64,000 nt of DNA from positions 22,878,001 to 22,942,000 of the forward strand of contig OX597834.1 of NCBI GenBank assembly GCA_951406725.2, written 5' to 3'. Shown piece by piece: positions 12,180-25,427 of this stretch; the stretch's first letter is position 1, and each line of letters begins with the position of its first letter. The DNA comes from Octopus vulgaris (lineage: Eukaryota). The position numbers and the translations under genes were made by a program. The notes below the pieces were generated by a model, which did no database searches, was not told the DNA's origin, and saw only the letters and a program-made list of their open reading frames with translations.

Positions 12180-12560
12180 ATAGCTAATGACAAAAATAAA
12201 CCAGAGTTTATCAATATTCAAGGAAAACAGAAAATAGAGATACAATTGATGAATAACAAATGATTTACATCAATTATCATTTATTAATTCATTATAAAGA
12301 GACAATCTCAACTTACAGCTGTTTCTGTTAGTGTGATTCTCAGTTTTAACCGCCACAATAATAGTAATTAGTTATACCAATTTGAATCATGAAACTTTAT
12401 CAGGGCAGAAAAATTTTTTAAATGGTAAAATATATGTAAAAAGAAAAAGGAGAAAGTGAGAATGGTGATAATCAATTGGTGCTACATGCTGACCCACTGG
12501 AATTTAGAAATAGAATAAGGGATAGTTATAATAAGTGGTGCATATACACAGGGGGAAGGT
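12180..12560 (-). mobile_element. Penelope-like terminal repeat remnant with decayed hammerhead-like motif
   Basis: Minus strand CTGATAA (12403-12397) ... GAAACAGCTGTA (12325-12314). Confidence 0.4.
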
Positions 12561-12579
12561 ATTGGTTAAATATATAATC

Positions 12580-12705
12580 ATTTCTTTATTGCCCTCAAGG
12601 ATCTAATCATAGATGAAGGACAGACAAAGAGATTAAGTTGATTACATCGACCTCAGTATATAACTGGTACGCATTTAATTGAATCCGAAAGGATAATTCG
12701 ACCTC
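12580..12705 (-). mobile_element. Partial Nin/Deu-domain SINE
   Basis: Aligns by eye with 5680-5820. Confidence 0.7.
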
Positions 12706-12709
12706 AAAG

Positions 12710-13010
12710 CTCCTTCCAGAATGGAACTCATGTCATTGAAGATCAAGCTGGTTGGAGATATGATATGAAGTTTCTGTTCCACTTAACCCATGCCTTCAGG
12801 CTCTTCCATGGAAAAGGAGACATAGCTTTCATCAAGTTTCAGAAAATTCTGAACATCAGTAATGCCAGATGGAATTCACAAGCAATCTTAGCCCTTCTTG
12901 CATTTTTCTTCATGCCACTTGTGAAAGATTACAGATGGTTTGCCAGTTCATCTCATATTAGACGAACTGGCAGTGATCAAGTGTATAGAGCTGTAGAAAA
13001 ATATATAAAA
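12710..13010 (+). mobile_element. Probable DNA transposase fragment (hAT-like)
   Basis: AGWRYDMKFLFHL...NISNARWNSQAILALLAF reads like a transposase segment; family assignment uncertain. Confidence 0.4.
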
Positions 13011-13263
13011 TAATAAAATGACCTTTACCTCTGGCAAGAAATCTAAACCAATGACATTTACTATTTGATATCTTAGCATTTAACATGTACTTTTTGCCTT
13101 CTCTGGATATGCAAGTCTATTTTTTTTAGTCCCCCCCCCCCGGATGAATTTACTTTCATTATCATTTCTGCCATTATATACACTTAACACAAAAGCTACA
13201 TATTACATTAACAGACATACACGTGTATATGTTTACGTTAGTGTGTCTGTCGCGCGTCGTTTC

Positions 13264-13302
13264 TGCGCATGTTCAAAGTGTATTGATTACAGCTGCCATC
13301 TT
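13264..13302 (+). promoter_or_regulatory. ZNF-C promoter module (NRF1 half kept, ETS lost, YY1-like site)
   Basis: TGCGCATGTTCAA at 13264-13276 and GCCATCTT at 13295-13302 in a CpG-rich patch. Confidence 0.6.
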
Positions 13303-13434
13303 TAACGTAATCGCTTCCATGTTCTCCTACGAAGTATAATCCTGTTACGATTGAAAGATAACTGAATAACGGAAAAGTAGTCATATGCACGACCACCATC
13401 ACCGACTTCCTAACATTGCAGCGATTTATTTGAG

Positions 13435-14970
13435 GTATTTTTTCTTCGTTCAATCTTTTTTTTTTTCTCTTATTTTTATCAGTATAACTTTTGGTAAATG
13501 CGAAGAATTACAGTGTAATTTCGAAGATATGAGGAATGCATCAAAACATGATTTACTTGAAATACTGAAATGAAATCGAAACATTGTTTACTACGGAGGT
13601 TATACTATAATGGTTGTTAACAGGGATTCCATAATTTCTTATCAGTCATTACATCTTAAAATATATGGTTTTCCAGCCCCCAGCCCCCCCACTTGTTAAG
13701 CCTGTAAATTTGTGTTCGATTTTCAGACATCTCCGATGCGGAAGAAATGCATTCCCGAAAATAATGTAACGCGAAATTAATTGTAGCCATTCGATTCTTA
13801 TGTAACAAAGAGAAATACATTTCGACTGATTATTTTGAGGAAAACAACAAAAAGCAGACAATACGACCACTTTTATCCATGAAAATAACTATCTCGCAAC
13901 ATTCATTGTACAGTATATATTATAAAAAATATTTGAAGAGAAATAAGCTAAAGAATCATTAAAAATCGCAACGGGTTACGCTCTTGCCTCAAAGATGTTG
14001 ACAAATGAGAGTTATTAAGATGAACGACTCTAACGGAACGAAAAACTGAGACTTGTCATGAACTATGTCTTCCATGCCTGTGGCATTTGGAGGGGTGGGC
14101 CACTAACAGCGAAGATCTTGTCATCGTTGGTTACTCTCCTTACCGGAGTGTCAGGTGATGTCCGTGAGGGTGCTTGACTGCTCCAACGCTTTAGCCTCGC
14201 CATCGCCCGTGGTAATGCTGCGAGCATGCCGGTTTGCTTCAGTAGGTTCCGTTGAACCTTCTGTGCGACCAGTTGAGGCACTTGATGTTGAATTGATATG
14301 GTCAACACCTTTTTTTTCTCTTTTCCTTTCCTTCTTCCTATTTTTTCGTTTTCTTTTCTGTCAGTTTTGGATTTATATTTTTAATGTGGTTTTGCATCTT
14401 TTGTATATCATATTCATGCGTGTTATATATTCCATGAAGAAGAAAAATTATTTGAGGGTTGAAGTTATTCAATGTTGATGTTTATAGCTTATATTTTCGT
14501 ACATTGTAGAATAGGAACTGTAGTAAACAATATTTCGATATTATTTTGGTATTTCATGTAAACCATTGATGTTTCTTATACGTTCGTCAAATTTTTCATT
14601 TTGTTTAAACTGCCATAAAATTCATAGAATTCCTGAGATCAACCCGTTTTTTTTTTCGTTAACGGATGAGGATCTTTATATTGACCAACAACTCGTCTGC
14701 TCAATACAAAGTGACCTGGGGCTGAATAACAAATAACCAGTAACGATCGATCCTCTGGACAGGACAAATGTGCACCATTATTTAGTTTAGCATATATAAG
14801 GTATATGTAACAGTTGTTTGATGACATTTTAATAACCAATTAAAGTTTAAAGTTTAATCGTCGATGTAAATGTTATTCACAGTTCATCAATATAGAGATG
14901 AAGTAAATTTTCCGCTGTTGACCCCTACTTTTAAGTATCCCCTATATCTTATACTGTTTCTTTATTTCAG
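13435..14970 (+). other. 5'-UTR intron of ZNF-C
   Basis: Donor TGAG|GTATTTT and acceptor TTTATTTCAG|AAATATCAGATG, homologous to paralogs. Confidence 0.7.
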
Positions 14971-15308
14971 AAATATCAGATGACATTGGCATAAAAGTAT
15001 TTCTTCAAATGTATCATCAATAATTAACATCTTTTAAAAAGTAAAGGAAGATGCTATACAGAATTAAATTAATCTTGTGTCTCTAAACAAGATTATGGAA
15101 TTGGTATAAAATATTTCGTATGACCTGAGATCATTATAAACTTCCACTCTTTGACTGTCTGGAATATGTTCAAGATCAGTTGCGTTCTAATTGAAATCGA
15201 ACAAATCTATAAAGGAGTTTGTAGAATCTTCAGATATCAAGTATCACATTAGTTAGAATTATAGTGGTAGAAATAATTAAGAAAATACAAGAACCAGAAA
15301 AGAATAAA

Positions 15309-17810
15309 ATGGAAGATGAGATCTGTGAGAAACCAATTAAAATTAAAACAGAATATGAAACAGTTGAATTCCCTAATGAGATGCTAAAAAAAATAGGAAA
15401 AATATATAGCTGTGATGTCTGTGGTAAATCTTTCTCAGAAACAGGAAACTTAACTACTCACAAACGTATTCATACAGGAGAGAAACCATATCACTGTGAT
15501 ACCTGTGGTAAATCATTTTCTGAAAGTGGTAGCTTAACTATACACATACGAACTCATACTGGAGAGAAACCATATCGCTGCGATATCTGTGGCAAATCCT
15601 TTTCTGAAGCACGAAACTTAACCACTCACAAACGTATACATACAGGTGAGAAGCCATATCACTGTAATATCTGTGGTAAATCATTTTCTGATAGTGGTAC
15701 CTTCACTACTCACAGACGTACTCATACAGGAGAGAAACCATATCAATGTGATATCTGTGGTAAATCATTCCCCCGAAAAAGTCCCCTTACTACTCACAAA
15801 AATATCCATACAGGAGAGAAGCCATACCATTGTAATATTTGTGGTAAAACATTTTCTCATAGAAGTGCCTCGTATGTACACAAACGGGTTCACACAGGAG
15901 AGAGGCCATACCACTGTGAAATTTGTGGTAAATCATTTTCTTTAAAATCTTCCCTCACAACTCACAGAAATATTCATACAGGAGAGAAGCCATATCACTG
16001 TGATGTTTGTGGTAAATCATTCTCTCAAAAAAGTCACCTAAATACTCACAAAAATATTCACACAGGAGAGAAGCCTTACCACTGTGATATCTGCGGTAAA
16101 TCCTTCACAAATAAATGTAACCTAACTACTCACAGACGCATACATACAGGAGAGAAGCCATATAACTGTGATGTTTGTCATAAATCATTCTCTCAAAAAG
16201 GTGAACTAACTATTCACATAAGGCTCCACACAGGGGGGAAACCATATCACTGTGATATCTGTGGAAAATCATTCTCACAAAAATGTCGCCTAACTAATCA
16301 CAGAAGTATCCATACAGGAGAGAAACCATATCACTGTGATATTTGTGGTAAATCCTTTACAATTAAGAGTAACCTAATGAGACACAAAGACATTCATAAC
16401 GGAGTAAAACGATATTGCTGTAATGTCTGTGGTAAATCATTCGTTCAAAGTGGAGATTTAACTAAGCACAAACGTATTCATACGGGAGAGAAACCGTATC
16501 ACTGTGGTATCTGTGGTAAATCTTGCTCCACAAGTAGTGACTTAATTAAACACAAACGTGTTCATACAGGTGAAAAACCATACCACTGTGATATCTGTGG
16601 TAAATCCTTCTCGGAAAGTAGTTCCTTAGCTCCCCACAAGCGTGTTCATACAGGTGAGAGGCCATATCACTGTGATATCTGTGGTAAATCATTTTCTGAA
16701 AGTGGTAGCTTAACTAAGCACAAACACGTTCATACAGGAGAGAAGCCATATCACTGCAATATTTGTGGTAAATCATTTTCTCAAAATAAAGACTTAACAA
16801 AACACACATGCATTCCTACAAGGGAAAAATCATTCTCTGGAAGCTGTGATGTAACTAGACCCCAGCATTCTAATCCATATGAGAAACCATATCAGTGTTA
16901 TGTCTGTGGTAAATCATTTTCACATAGAATCACCCTAACTATACACAAACGCATTCATACAGGAGAAAGACCGTATCAGTGTGATACTTGTGGGAGAACA
17001 TTCTCACGCAGAGGTAATCTCACCAATCACATACGTATACATACACAAGAGAAACCATATCACTGTATCATCTGTGGTAAATCATTCTCAGAAAAAAATA
17101 TCTTAACTCTGCACAAACTCATCCATGCAGGGCAGAAACCATATGACTGTGATATCTGCAGCAAATCATTCTCTCGGTGTTATGACTTAACTATACACAA
17201 ACGCATTCATACAGGAGTTAAGCCACATCACTGTGATGTTTGTGGTAAATCATTCACGCAGAAAAGTGTTTTAGCCATGCACAAACGTATTCATACAATA
17301 GAAAAGCCATACCATTGTGATGTCTGCAGTATATCATTTTCTCAAAAAAATGTCTTGACACTGCATAAACGTACCCATACAGGAGAGAAGCCATATGCCT
17401 GCAATATCTGTGGTAAATCATTCTCCCGGTCTTATGTCTTAACTACTCATAAGCGTGTCCATACAGGAGAGAAGCCATATCACTGTGAGATATGTGGTAA
17501 GTCTTTCTCTCATGGAAATGCATTAACTGTACACAAACGCACTCATACAGGAGACAAACCATTCCAATGTAATATTTGTGGGTATTCCTTCTTTCAAAGT
17601 AGTGTTTTAACTATTCACAAACGCACTCATACTGGTGAGAAGCCATATGAGTGTGATATCTGTGAGAAGTCATTCTCTCAAAGAAGTACTTTCAACAATC
17701 ATAAATATGTTCATAGAGCAGAGAAGCTGTTCCTCTGTGATATCTGTGGGAAATCATTCTCTAGAAATATTCAGTTAACTAAACATAGACGTCTTCATAC
17801 AGAAAAGTAA
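15309..17810 (+). CDS. ZNF-C: C2H2 zinc-finger protein, about 28 fingers in two blocks
   Basis: ATG of MEDEICEKP at 15309 (the track start at 15264 is GTG); 17 fingers, a collapsed finger remnant, then 11 fingers. Confidence 0.95.
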   Translation: MEDEICEKPIKIKTEYETVEFPNEMLKKIGKIYSCDVCGKSFSETGNLTTHKRIHTGEKPYHCDTCGKSFSESGSLTIHIRTHTGEKPYRCDICGKSFSEARNLTTHKRIHTGEKPYHCNICGKSFSDSGTFTTHRRTHTGEKPYQCDICGKSFPRKSPLTTHKNIHTGEKPYHCNICGKTFSHRSASYVHKRVHTGERPYHCEICGKSFSLKSSLTTHRNIHTGEKPYHCDVCGKSFSQKSHLNTHKNIHTGEKPYHCDICGKSFTNKCNLTTHRRIHTGEKPYNCDVCHKSFSQKGELTIHIRLHTGGKPYHCDICGKSFSQKCRLTNHRSIHTGEKPYHCDICGKSFTIKSNLMRHKDIHNGVKRYCCNVCGKSFVQSGDLTKHKRIHTGEKPYHCGICGKSCSTSSDLIKHKRVHTGEKPYHCDICGKSFSESSSLAPHKRVHTGERPYHCDICGKSFSESGSLTKHKHVHTGEKPYHCNICGKSFSQNKDLTKHTCIPTREKSFSGSCDVTRPQHSNPYEKPYQCYVCGKSFSHRITLTIHKRIHTGERPYQCDTCGRTFSRRGNLTNHIRIHTQEKPYHCIICGKSFSEKNILTLHKLIHAGQKPYDCDICSKSFSRCYDLTIHKRIHTGVKPHHCDVCGKSFTQKSVLAMHKRIHTIEKPYHCDVCSISFSQKNVLTLHKRTHTGEKPYACNICGKSFSRSYVLTTHKRVHTGEKPYHCEICGKSFSHGNALTVHKRTHTGDKPFQCNICGYSFFQSSVLTIHKRTHTGEKPYECDICEKSFSQRSTFNNHKYVHRAEKLFLCDICGKSFSRNIQLTKHRRLHTEK

Positions 17811-19597
17811 CCATATCAGTGTGATATTTTAGGAAACTCATTCTGTGGAAATGAATGGCTTAACATGACTCAAACATAGTTATACAGAAGAGAAGCCATA
17901 TCAGCATAACATTTCTGGTAAATCAGTTTCTGTAAGTAGTGACTAAACAAGGCACAAATATATTAAAATAGAAGAGAAATGACATTATGAAATCTGGGCA
18001 GATGGGAAGAAACCTTAAACAATTGTGATACAAGATATCTTATAAAAGCACAACTGTATTTACACTTTTAAGAAAATCATTGTATTGAAATACTTGTATG
18101 TATTCCATTTAACTTATTTTCACAACAGAAAAATAATATATTTGAATTATTTGACATTGTGGCTAAGAAAATGAGACATGTATTGTCAAATCACAGTTAA
18201 CACTGTGATTTTGTGCATTTGTTATGTTAGAAATAAATACACTAACTGTAAAAGATAATATTTCATCATAGTATAATAGGATATAAGTATATCTGATATA
18301 TATTCACAATCTCATAAACATTAATTCCTGTAATGTAGTGTATATTCTAGGTTAAATTTTGTCCATATACTATCATAAGAAGGATTCTGCTGGAAGATTT
18401 ATATATAACCATTTCTTTTATTTGTAGCAAGATTCATTTGTTATATGATGATTAAACAATGTTTATTTGAATATGTCTCTAAATCTCAACTTGGTATACA
18501 TGCAATAAGTGCTCTATAATTTGTGAATCGTCATTATCAATGTCCATTCTACTATTGCTTGCATGGATCGGACGTGTCAGTCAGAAGATATCACCACAGT
18601 TTCTGAATCATTTGGCATCTGAACTTTGATGCTAAGAATCTTGTTCTGTCCTCATTACATTTTGTGAATTTTCTAACCTGAGGTTTAAATAAAGCTTTAT
18701 TCACTCTTAAATTGTAGTCTTATTTCCTGTATACAACATGCTAATCCACAAGTTTTTGTTATATATTCATAAATTATAGAATTCACTAATTTGGATATAA
18801 GTAGTGCATTTTCCCAAACTGATATTCACTGTATATTTTGCGATGTGGTTGCAGGAAAATATTGGCAGATGGTGAGGAGTTCCTGCAAAGTGAAGGACTT
18901 AATGTAGTGGTCAGACCAGGGCTTTATGTATGAATGCTGTCGGTCATCTCAGTAGGAAAGGGGATATCAATATTTTCAGCATCACTACTCAGCTTTTACT
19001 TGAAAAATTTCTCCACTAGTCACCAATATATAAAATATCCAAAACAATTGCAGGGAAATTAACTCTTACAGAACAATGAAACTGAACAGCCTTCATGTGA
19101 AAAAATTAGCCAAGTTAAAATGGTAACATGATAGGTTTAACACACCTAGTCTTTTTAGATATCATCAATGTAATACCTATGGCTTCTGAAATGCAGCTAA
19201 TGCACAGTTACATTAGATTTAATATTAGCCATCTTTAACTGCAAGCCACATTTTGTTTATTTTCAGAATTTGGCAGGTTTTGTTTTACAGTGGATAAAAA
19301 AACAAATTCTTCAGTATAAATACTGTTATTGTTGTTTAGTAATGACTAAAATTACAGATTGGAGAATCTGGAGAGGGATTTAGTTGTATGAAGTGATCAG
19401 GAAATTGTTTTTCTTAGATAGAAACTGAATAATATTCATTTTTGTTATTTACCTGTCAATTCTAAGTCAGCTATGATCTAGCAGACCTACAATCAACAAC
19501 TGCAACCATTCCGTCTTATTTTCAGGCATAACCTATCAAGTGTGTTTTTCAAGTGTGTTACAGGCAAAAATATAACATTCCACTTTCCGTTGCCAGC

Positions 19598-19760
19598 CTA
19601 CCCACTACACTCACGGAGTGGTTGGCGTTAGGAAGGGCATTCAGCCGTAGAAACACTGCCAGATCTGACTGGGCCTGATGAAGCCTTCCAGCTTCACAGA
19701 CCCCAGTTGAACCGTCCAACCCATGCTAGCATGGAGAACGGACGCTAAATGATGATGATA
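19598..19760 (+). mobile_element. SINE/RTE-type 3' tail with (TGA)n end
   Basis: CACTACACTCACGGAGTGGTTGGCGTTAGGAAGGGCAT...CCCATGCTAGCATGG...GATGATGAT; related copies near 11440, 20850(-), 22730(-), 27565, 33290, 40170(-), 43093 and 53503. Confidence 0.8.
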
Positions 19761-20249
19761 CCATAAATAAATAATCAATATAATTTGCTTACTATAACCA
19801 ATGGTACATAACTTGTACACAGTGAAAATATAATTTGTATAATGACTATTAGAGCTATGTGAAAAATATCAGTTTTTTCAAGTCTTAAACACAAGAAAAC
19901 AAAATACTAGATCATGACGATGATGATGATAAGATCACTTATGGAAGTTTCCTGAAACTTTACTGTTCGGAATTGTCTTTTGGCTCTCATTTAGGCCATG
20001 TAAGGGACAAAGGAACATATATTCAAGGATTACCTCCCATAATACTGATGAAGATAACTGAGGAAAATTCCTGTGATGGAAATGTCCATCACACTCTCTC
20101 CTTGTAGTCACTACTAAAATTTCAGTTATTTTCCTGACAATGTGAAATGTGAAGAATTTTGTTGTTTTATTTACCTGAGACAAATTTCCTGTCTTAGAAA
20201 TAAATTGTTATTTAAACTCAGGTACATATAAATGGAGATTGGATCCACT

Positions 20250-20630
20250 TCAGATTGAAGCTGAGGATGTTTCTTTTTTTATTCTCTTGTTTGGTCACCC
20301 CTGACAATGACCATTCTGCACCAGCTCTCCATAGAACCTTAAGGATCTTCATTTAAATGCAGGTAGATTTGGCTGTGTTTAGGACAGTAAGACTGGCAAC
20401 ACTGTCCTGCTATTGTGTTTATATGGTGAATGATTGGGAGATTGTTTGGCCTCTCTAAAAAACATTATCTATGTTTGACAGCCATTGACAACAGCATTGT
20501 AGACTTTCAGTTTGGTGGAGATTAACTTTGGGCTGCAGTGCTTTGTTTGATGTGGAGTTTTTGAAATGCTTGGCTCACTTTCTGTATACTCAACAAAGTT
20601 TCTATGTTAAAGTACTTCATTATTATTCAA
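20250..20630 (-). mobile_element. Decayed RTE LINE fragment
   Basis: Minus strand STKLKVYNAVV..GCQT and FYGEL motifs. Confidence 0.55.
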
Positions 20631-21129
20631 CATGTCTTGTACATTATAATAGAACCCATCCTCCACGTTTAAAAATAATTTTTTTCAGAAGGAAGTAAAG
20701 AGAGAAAATTGACTCTAGTATGGGATTAGTACAGTAGTAATCAATGGGAAAAACATAGAATGCAAAATTGACCTCAGAGGGATTTATTTTTAGAGAGTTA
20801 GAAGAATCACATATCATATCTGACAGTCTAAGGATTATCAGTTTGTCATCATTTAATGTCCATTTTCCATGCTGGCATGGGTTGGATGGTTTGACAGGAG
20901 CTGGTCTGCCAGAGAGCTACCCGAGTTCCAATTTCTGTTGGCATGGTTTCTACAGCTGGCTACTCTTCCTATTGCCAGCCACTCTACAGAGTATACTGGG
21001 TGCTTTTCACATGATACCAGCATCTCTGTGCCCGCAAGATAAGGACCTCTCAGCTGAGAGAGAGTTGAGGGCATGGTGGTAAAGGACATACCTGTGGGTA
21101 TCTCACTATCGAGGCATCATCCAGTCAGG

Positions 21130-22030
21130 CTGATTGCTTGGGCCAGCCTGACTACCCCTCTCCATCCCTCCTGATCTTCTGCTAGTTTTTTAGGTCTTCT
21201 GCACGCTGATGTATATATGTCTTCCATGGTCTTCTAGCCACTGTGGTACCATGGTTTGGTGTCCATAGCAACACATTACTCACAAGTTCTTTCCTTCTCC
21301 AGCAAACTTCAATCTCTGCTCTTGGATGATTGATAAGAAATTTTGTACATTTCCATATAACCGTTGAGCACTGTACGTAACATTCTGGTATAGGCACCAT
21401 CTAGCATGCACCTAATTTTATGTAGCTTAACATGTCTTGTGAAACACAGCAAATCACCAGAAGTTTCAGTCCCTTGTCATTTCCTTAGTGAAGCCCAACG
21501 TTTGAAGATCCTTTCTCATCACTTTGTTCTACATCTACTGGTTCCCTTAGCAATTAGGTATTGGCACTTCATGCAACTGTCTCCTCTTGCACACTACAAA
21601 ATTGCCTCTTACACCTAATTTTTCTGTTAATTCATTTATACTCTGTCATACATGTACACTGACATTACTCATCCAGTGAAAACCATGTTTCACTACTCTG
21701 TAGCATAGCTGTACATGCACGGGGATAATACAATCTGCCTTTTGCTCTGGTAACAAAGGTAATAGCTCTATGAACACCCAGACTATTCTTATGCTACCAA
21801 CTCCGCTTTCAGAACTTCCTCCTCCACAGGTAACTTGATTGCCTCCAGGTAACAGAAGCTGTCTGCTACTTCTAAAGATCCCCACTGGACCTTCAAGGAA
21901 GTCTATTCTCAGTACATTCTTAGTGTTTGTTGTACTTGCATGTCTGCGACACACAAAATCTACTTTTTCTGTCAACTTTCCCATGGTACTGTTGCACCTC
22001 TTATGTGTCCAAAACTTGCACTGGCCTCGC
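21130..22030 (-). mobile_element. RTE LINE fragments from two families
   Basis: LVSNVLLWTPNHG..RRPWKTYI; CKFWTHKRC...FVCRR cysteine-rich insert, also seen degraded at about 62600. Confidence 0.65.
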
Positions 22031-23504
22031 AATTGATACTAGTAACCTGATGCACAGAGAAATGGAAATGGTTGTTATCACATTTTTAATATCATACATA
22101 TTTGGATATTGAAAATGTAAGAAGAAAAGGAAAGAAAGAAAACAAGAAAAAGGTGAAAAGCAGATTTGGTTACCTCTGGTCAGCCATTGATTGTCCAGAA
22201 ACTAGATGATGGGTTTGGGATTTTAAGACCGGAGAGAATGGGCTTATGTTTGTATGTGTAGTTCTTTGTGTATCATGTATATATCTGTTATGTGTACACG
22301 TGTGTGTGTGTGCATGTGGATGCAGCAATGTGCATCAATCTGGTGTGGAAAGAATGGAAGGAACAAGGTATCATAAGGAGATGCCATTGGATGTGGGAAA
22401 ACTGCAGGGGTTGTGGTCAACTTGGCAGTCTTGGGTGAAGGCAGTTTAGAGTAGTGAAATTATCCTTGAGGAATGAAGAGGTTACTTATACCAAGAAGTG
22501 GCACAGACATTTCCTGAGCATAACATCACACACATACCAAGAAAATTGGAGTCAACATTAGAGAAGGCAGTGAAACTAGTTTATTTTATAAAAGTTTCAT
22601 CTTTTAAAGTCTTGTGAGATGATGGGCAGTGTCCATGCTCTTATATTCTCAAATGCTTTGGCTGTAATGGGGAACAGTACTTACCCACATATCTGAGTTG
22701 TGTAGACATAATTTAACATACTTTTCATTCCAGCATGCTTTGGTCCCACAGGAACCAGCAACCCAATGGACTGCACCAAGCTCTAATGTCTGCTTTGGCA
22801 TGAGATATACAGCTGGTTCCTAATCCCAACCACTGCACAGAACTTTTTATGTGGCACTGGCACTAGGGAGGTCACCAAGTAACTTGCAAGACAAGATCCT
22901 TCAACTGAGTGGGATATAATATTGAAGGATGTAAAAAGAATGACAGAGGGACAAGAACAGGTGTTGTCTTACTGACAGGTGAATACATAGCTTCCCCAGT
23001 TGGAAAGGGAGAGAGAGATGGTGAGGGCATACTCTCAAGTTACAAGATGACAATATAAGATAAGGATAGAGGAAATAAATTTGTTTTTTCGTAGAAAGTG
23101 GTTCTATGGGAGTGAGTAGTTCAACAACCTTTTCAAGGCTAGCTATGGTGGTATATATGTCTGATATTTTCATGTATTGGAATGGCCTACAAAAGAGAGA
23201 TATTTTTACAGCTGAAGATAAAACTAAAAGCTATAATTATTAAATTAGAAATTGCGAGGTCAGAACATCTGCAGAGCAATGTTTTTGAATCTTTTCGGAC
23301 ACTAAAGAACTGTTTTGTAACATCAAATGATCCCTCTGAAGAAATATGCAACCTTTACATTCAAAACTTGGCAGGATTTAAAAAAAAAAATGTGATTATT
23401 TTCCTCAACCAGATACCTAACAATTTCATAAGAAATTCATTTCATGTAATGTAAAAACTGTAAAATATTTAATATTAAAATGAAGAACATAACCTTGTTG
23501 AACT

Positions 23505-24500
23505 TTGGTGCAACATATCACATGTCAGACACCATGTGTCTATGTCCCCATTGATCTGGTTGGACCATGGCTTGTGAGTCGCGGGTCTTATCTTTTAATC
23601 TGTGTTGATTGCTTCTCCCGTTGGCCAGAAGCTATTCCAATAGCAGATATTTTTGCTGAGTCTGTTGCTCGAGCTTTTGTTTCTAACTGGATTTCCCATT
23701 TCGGAGTTCCGTCCAGATTAACTACCGATCGTGGACGTCAGTTTGAAGCTTCTTTATTTCGTGAATTGTCACATATTCTAGGTGTGCATCACATTCACAC
23801 AACCAGTTACCATCCAGCTTCTAATGGATTAGTTGAACGGTTCCATAGACACCTCAAGGCCACTCTACGTGCCTTTGCAGATCCACAGTCTTGGACTGAA
23901 TTTCTGCCAATTGTGCTTCTTGGTTGTCGTACTGCTGTCAAGGCAGACCTGGGTTTTTCTTCTGCAGAGCTACTGTATGGTACCACACTGGCATTACCTG
24001 GTACGATGTTGGTGCCAGACACTTCACAGCTCCATGATCCGGCGTCTCATGTCACCAAACTTTGTACTTGTTTTTCAAATCTTCCACCCATGGTTTCCCG
24101 GGAACAATCTCCACCCTCTCATGTCCCACCAGATATGGACTCTTGGTCGCATGTTTTTATTCGAGACGACTCTGTCAAGGGACCTCTTGTTTATCCTTAT
24201 AAAGGACCTTTCCGTGTGCTTTCTAGCACACCCAAAGTTTTCACCATCGTGATGAATGGTCATACGGAGACCAACTAAAAAAAAAGCATATTTTGAGATG
24301 TCTACATCTTTTGAAGACACCGCTGCCACACCCACCTATGCACCTTTGACAATACATTCACCTACACAGGTACCTTTGCCTCTACCAACGCCTACAACGC
24401 CACCTTCATCGTTGAAAAGTGCCTCGAGCAAACCTTATGTTACCAGATCAGGCAGAACTGTTCACTGGCCCAAGAAACTTTCAAAAACAATTTATATTTG
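23505..24500 (+). mobile_element. Ty3/Gypsy integrase region (frameshifted)
   Basis: IDLVGP, DCFSRWPEAIPI, TTDRGRQFE, YHPASNGLVERFHR, GPF motif PYKGPFRV, C-terminal TRSGR. Confidence 0.92.
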
Positions 24501-24707
24501 ACATTCTCTTTTCTCTCCTGGTCCATTTCATGTTTTACTCTTGGACATTTTGTTAAGAAAAAGAAAAAAACAACTTTGTGCATGCTATTTTTTTTTTTTG
24601 CATTCACAGTTATTTGCTTGTCATATTGTGTGCCATATCTTCTGTGTGATTGGCTACCATCTTGTTTTCTGGAGCCACTACAATCTTCTGTTTTGTACTT
24701 CCGCACT

Positions 24708-24820
24708 CGAGGGGGAGCCTTGTAGTGACGCCATCTTGGAAATCTCCAGCACGCATGCGCAGAGTTGGATTCTTCCGGGAGGTCCTTGTGCCTAGAGTAG
24801 AAAAGTGTAACTGTTCATCT
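24708..24820 (+). mobile_element. Gypsy polypurine tract and start of a truncated 3' LTR
   Basis: GAGGGGGAG-cct immediately followed by TGTAG at 24721. Confidence 0.7.
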
Positions 24821-24823
24821 TAT

Positions 24824-25340
24824 CAAGGCCTGTAACTAGCAATAACTATACAAAACTAAAAGGACGACAACAATAATTATGACAAGTCCACCATCACACT
24901 AACATTAGATACATTTACGCAGTAAAGAACGATAACATTCAGCCCTCTTTCCAGGAACGTGCATCGTCGATGTTTATAGCCCTAAGTTAATCCTGACTGA
25001 GTAGACCTGCGGACAACGTCAATTTCTTAGGGATGTCGCGAATTTTATGACTGATCAAATAAGGAACATTGTGTTAATAAAAGTAGAAACGGTGTTTGAA
25101 GGGGAAAATATCAATAAAAATACCTCGTATCAACTACAGCTATTATTAGGAAGTCAGTGACTGTGATGGCATTGCTGAAGAGAATAATGTATAGAATATC
25201 ATAGATAAATAGACTATAACTTTCAAACTTAAGAATTATCCTTTAGAAATAAAGCGAACCAATTAAAATTGAAAGTAAGACTACGGCGACCATCAGGTTG
25301 AAAGGCTGAATTTAGCTTCCAGTTTGACATACGCATTTTA
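24824..25340 (-). pseudogene. Orphan ZNF promoter, exon 1 and intron start with no coding exon
   Basis: Colinear with 59799-60280 and 53997-54564; donor ACGAG|GTATTTT at 25123; decayed promoter motif at 25308-25337. Confidence 0.75.
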
Positions 25341-25427
25341 GTTTGCCAGATGGGTGGGGTTAAACATACTTAAGGACACATTCCTTTTCAAACATATTCT
25401 GAAGCTATACAATAATGCAAAAAGGTG

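Noticed and set aside
15309-17810. Conserved-repeat/variable-spacer pattern resembling a CRISPR array
   Set aside because: The period is 84 bp, in frame and encodes C2H2 fingers; the DNA is eukaryotic and there are no cas genes.
18830-19000. Minus-strand peptide DAENIDIPFPTEM as the missing coding exon of the orphan promoter
   Set aside because: Weak resemblance to the ZNF leader, no family acceptor and no fingers follow.
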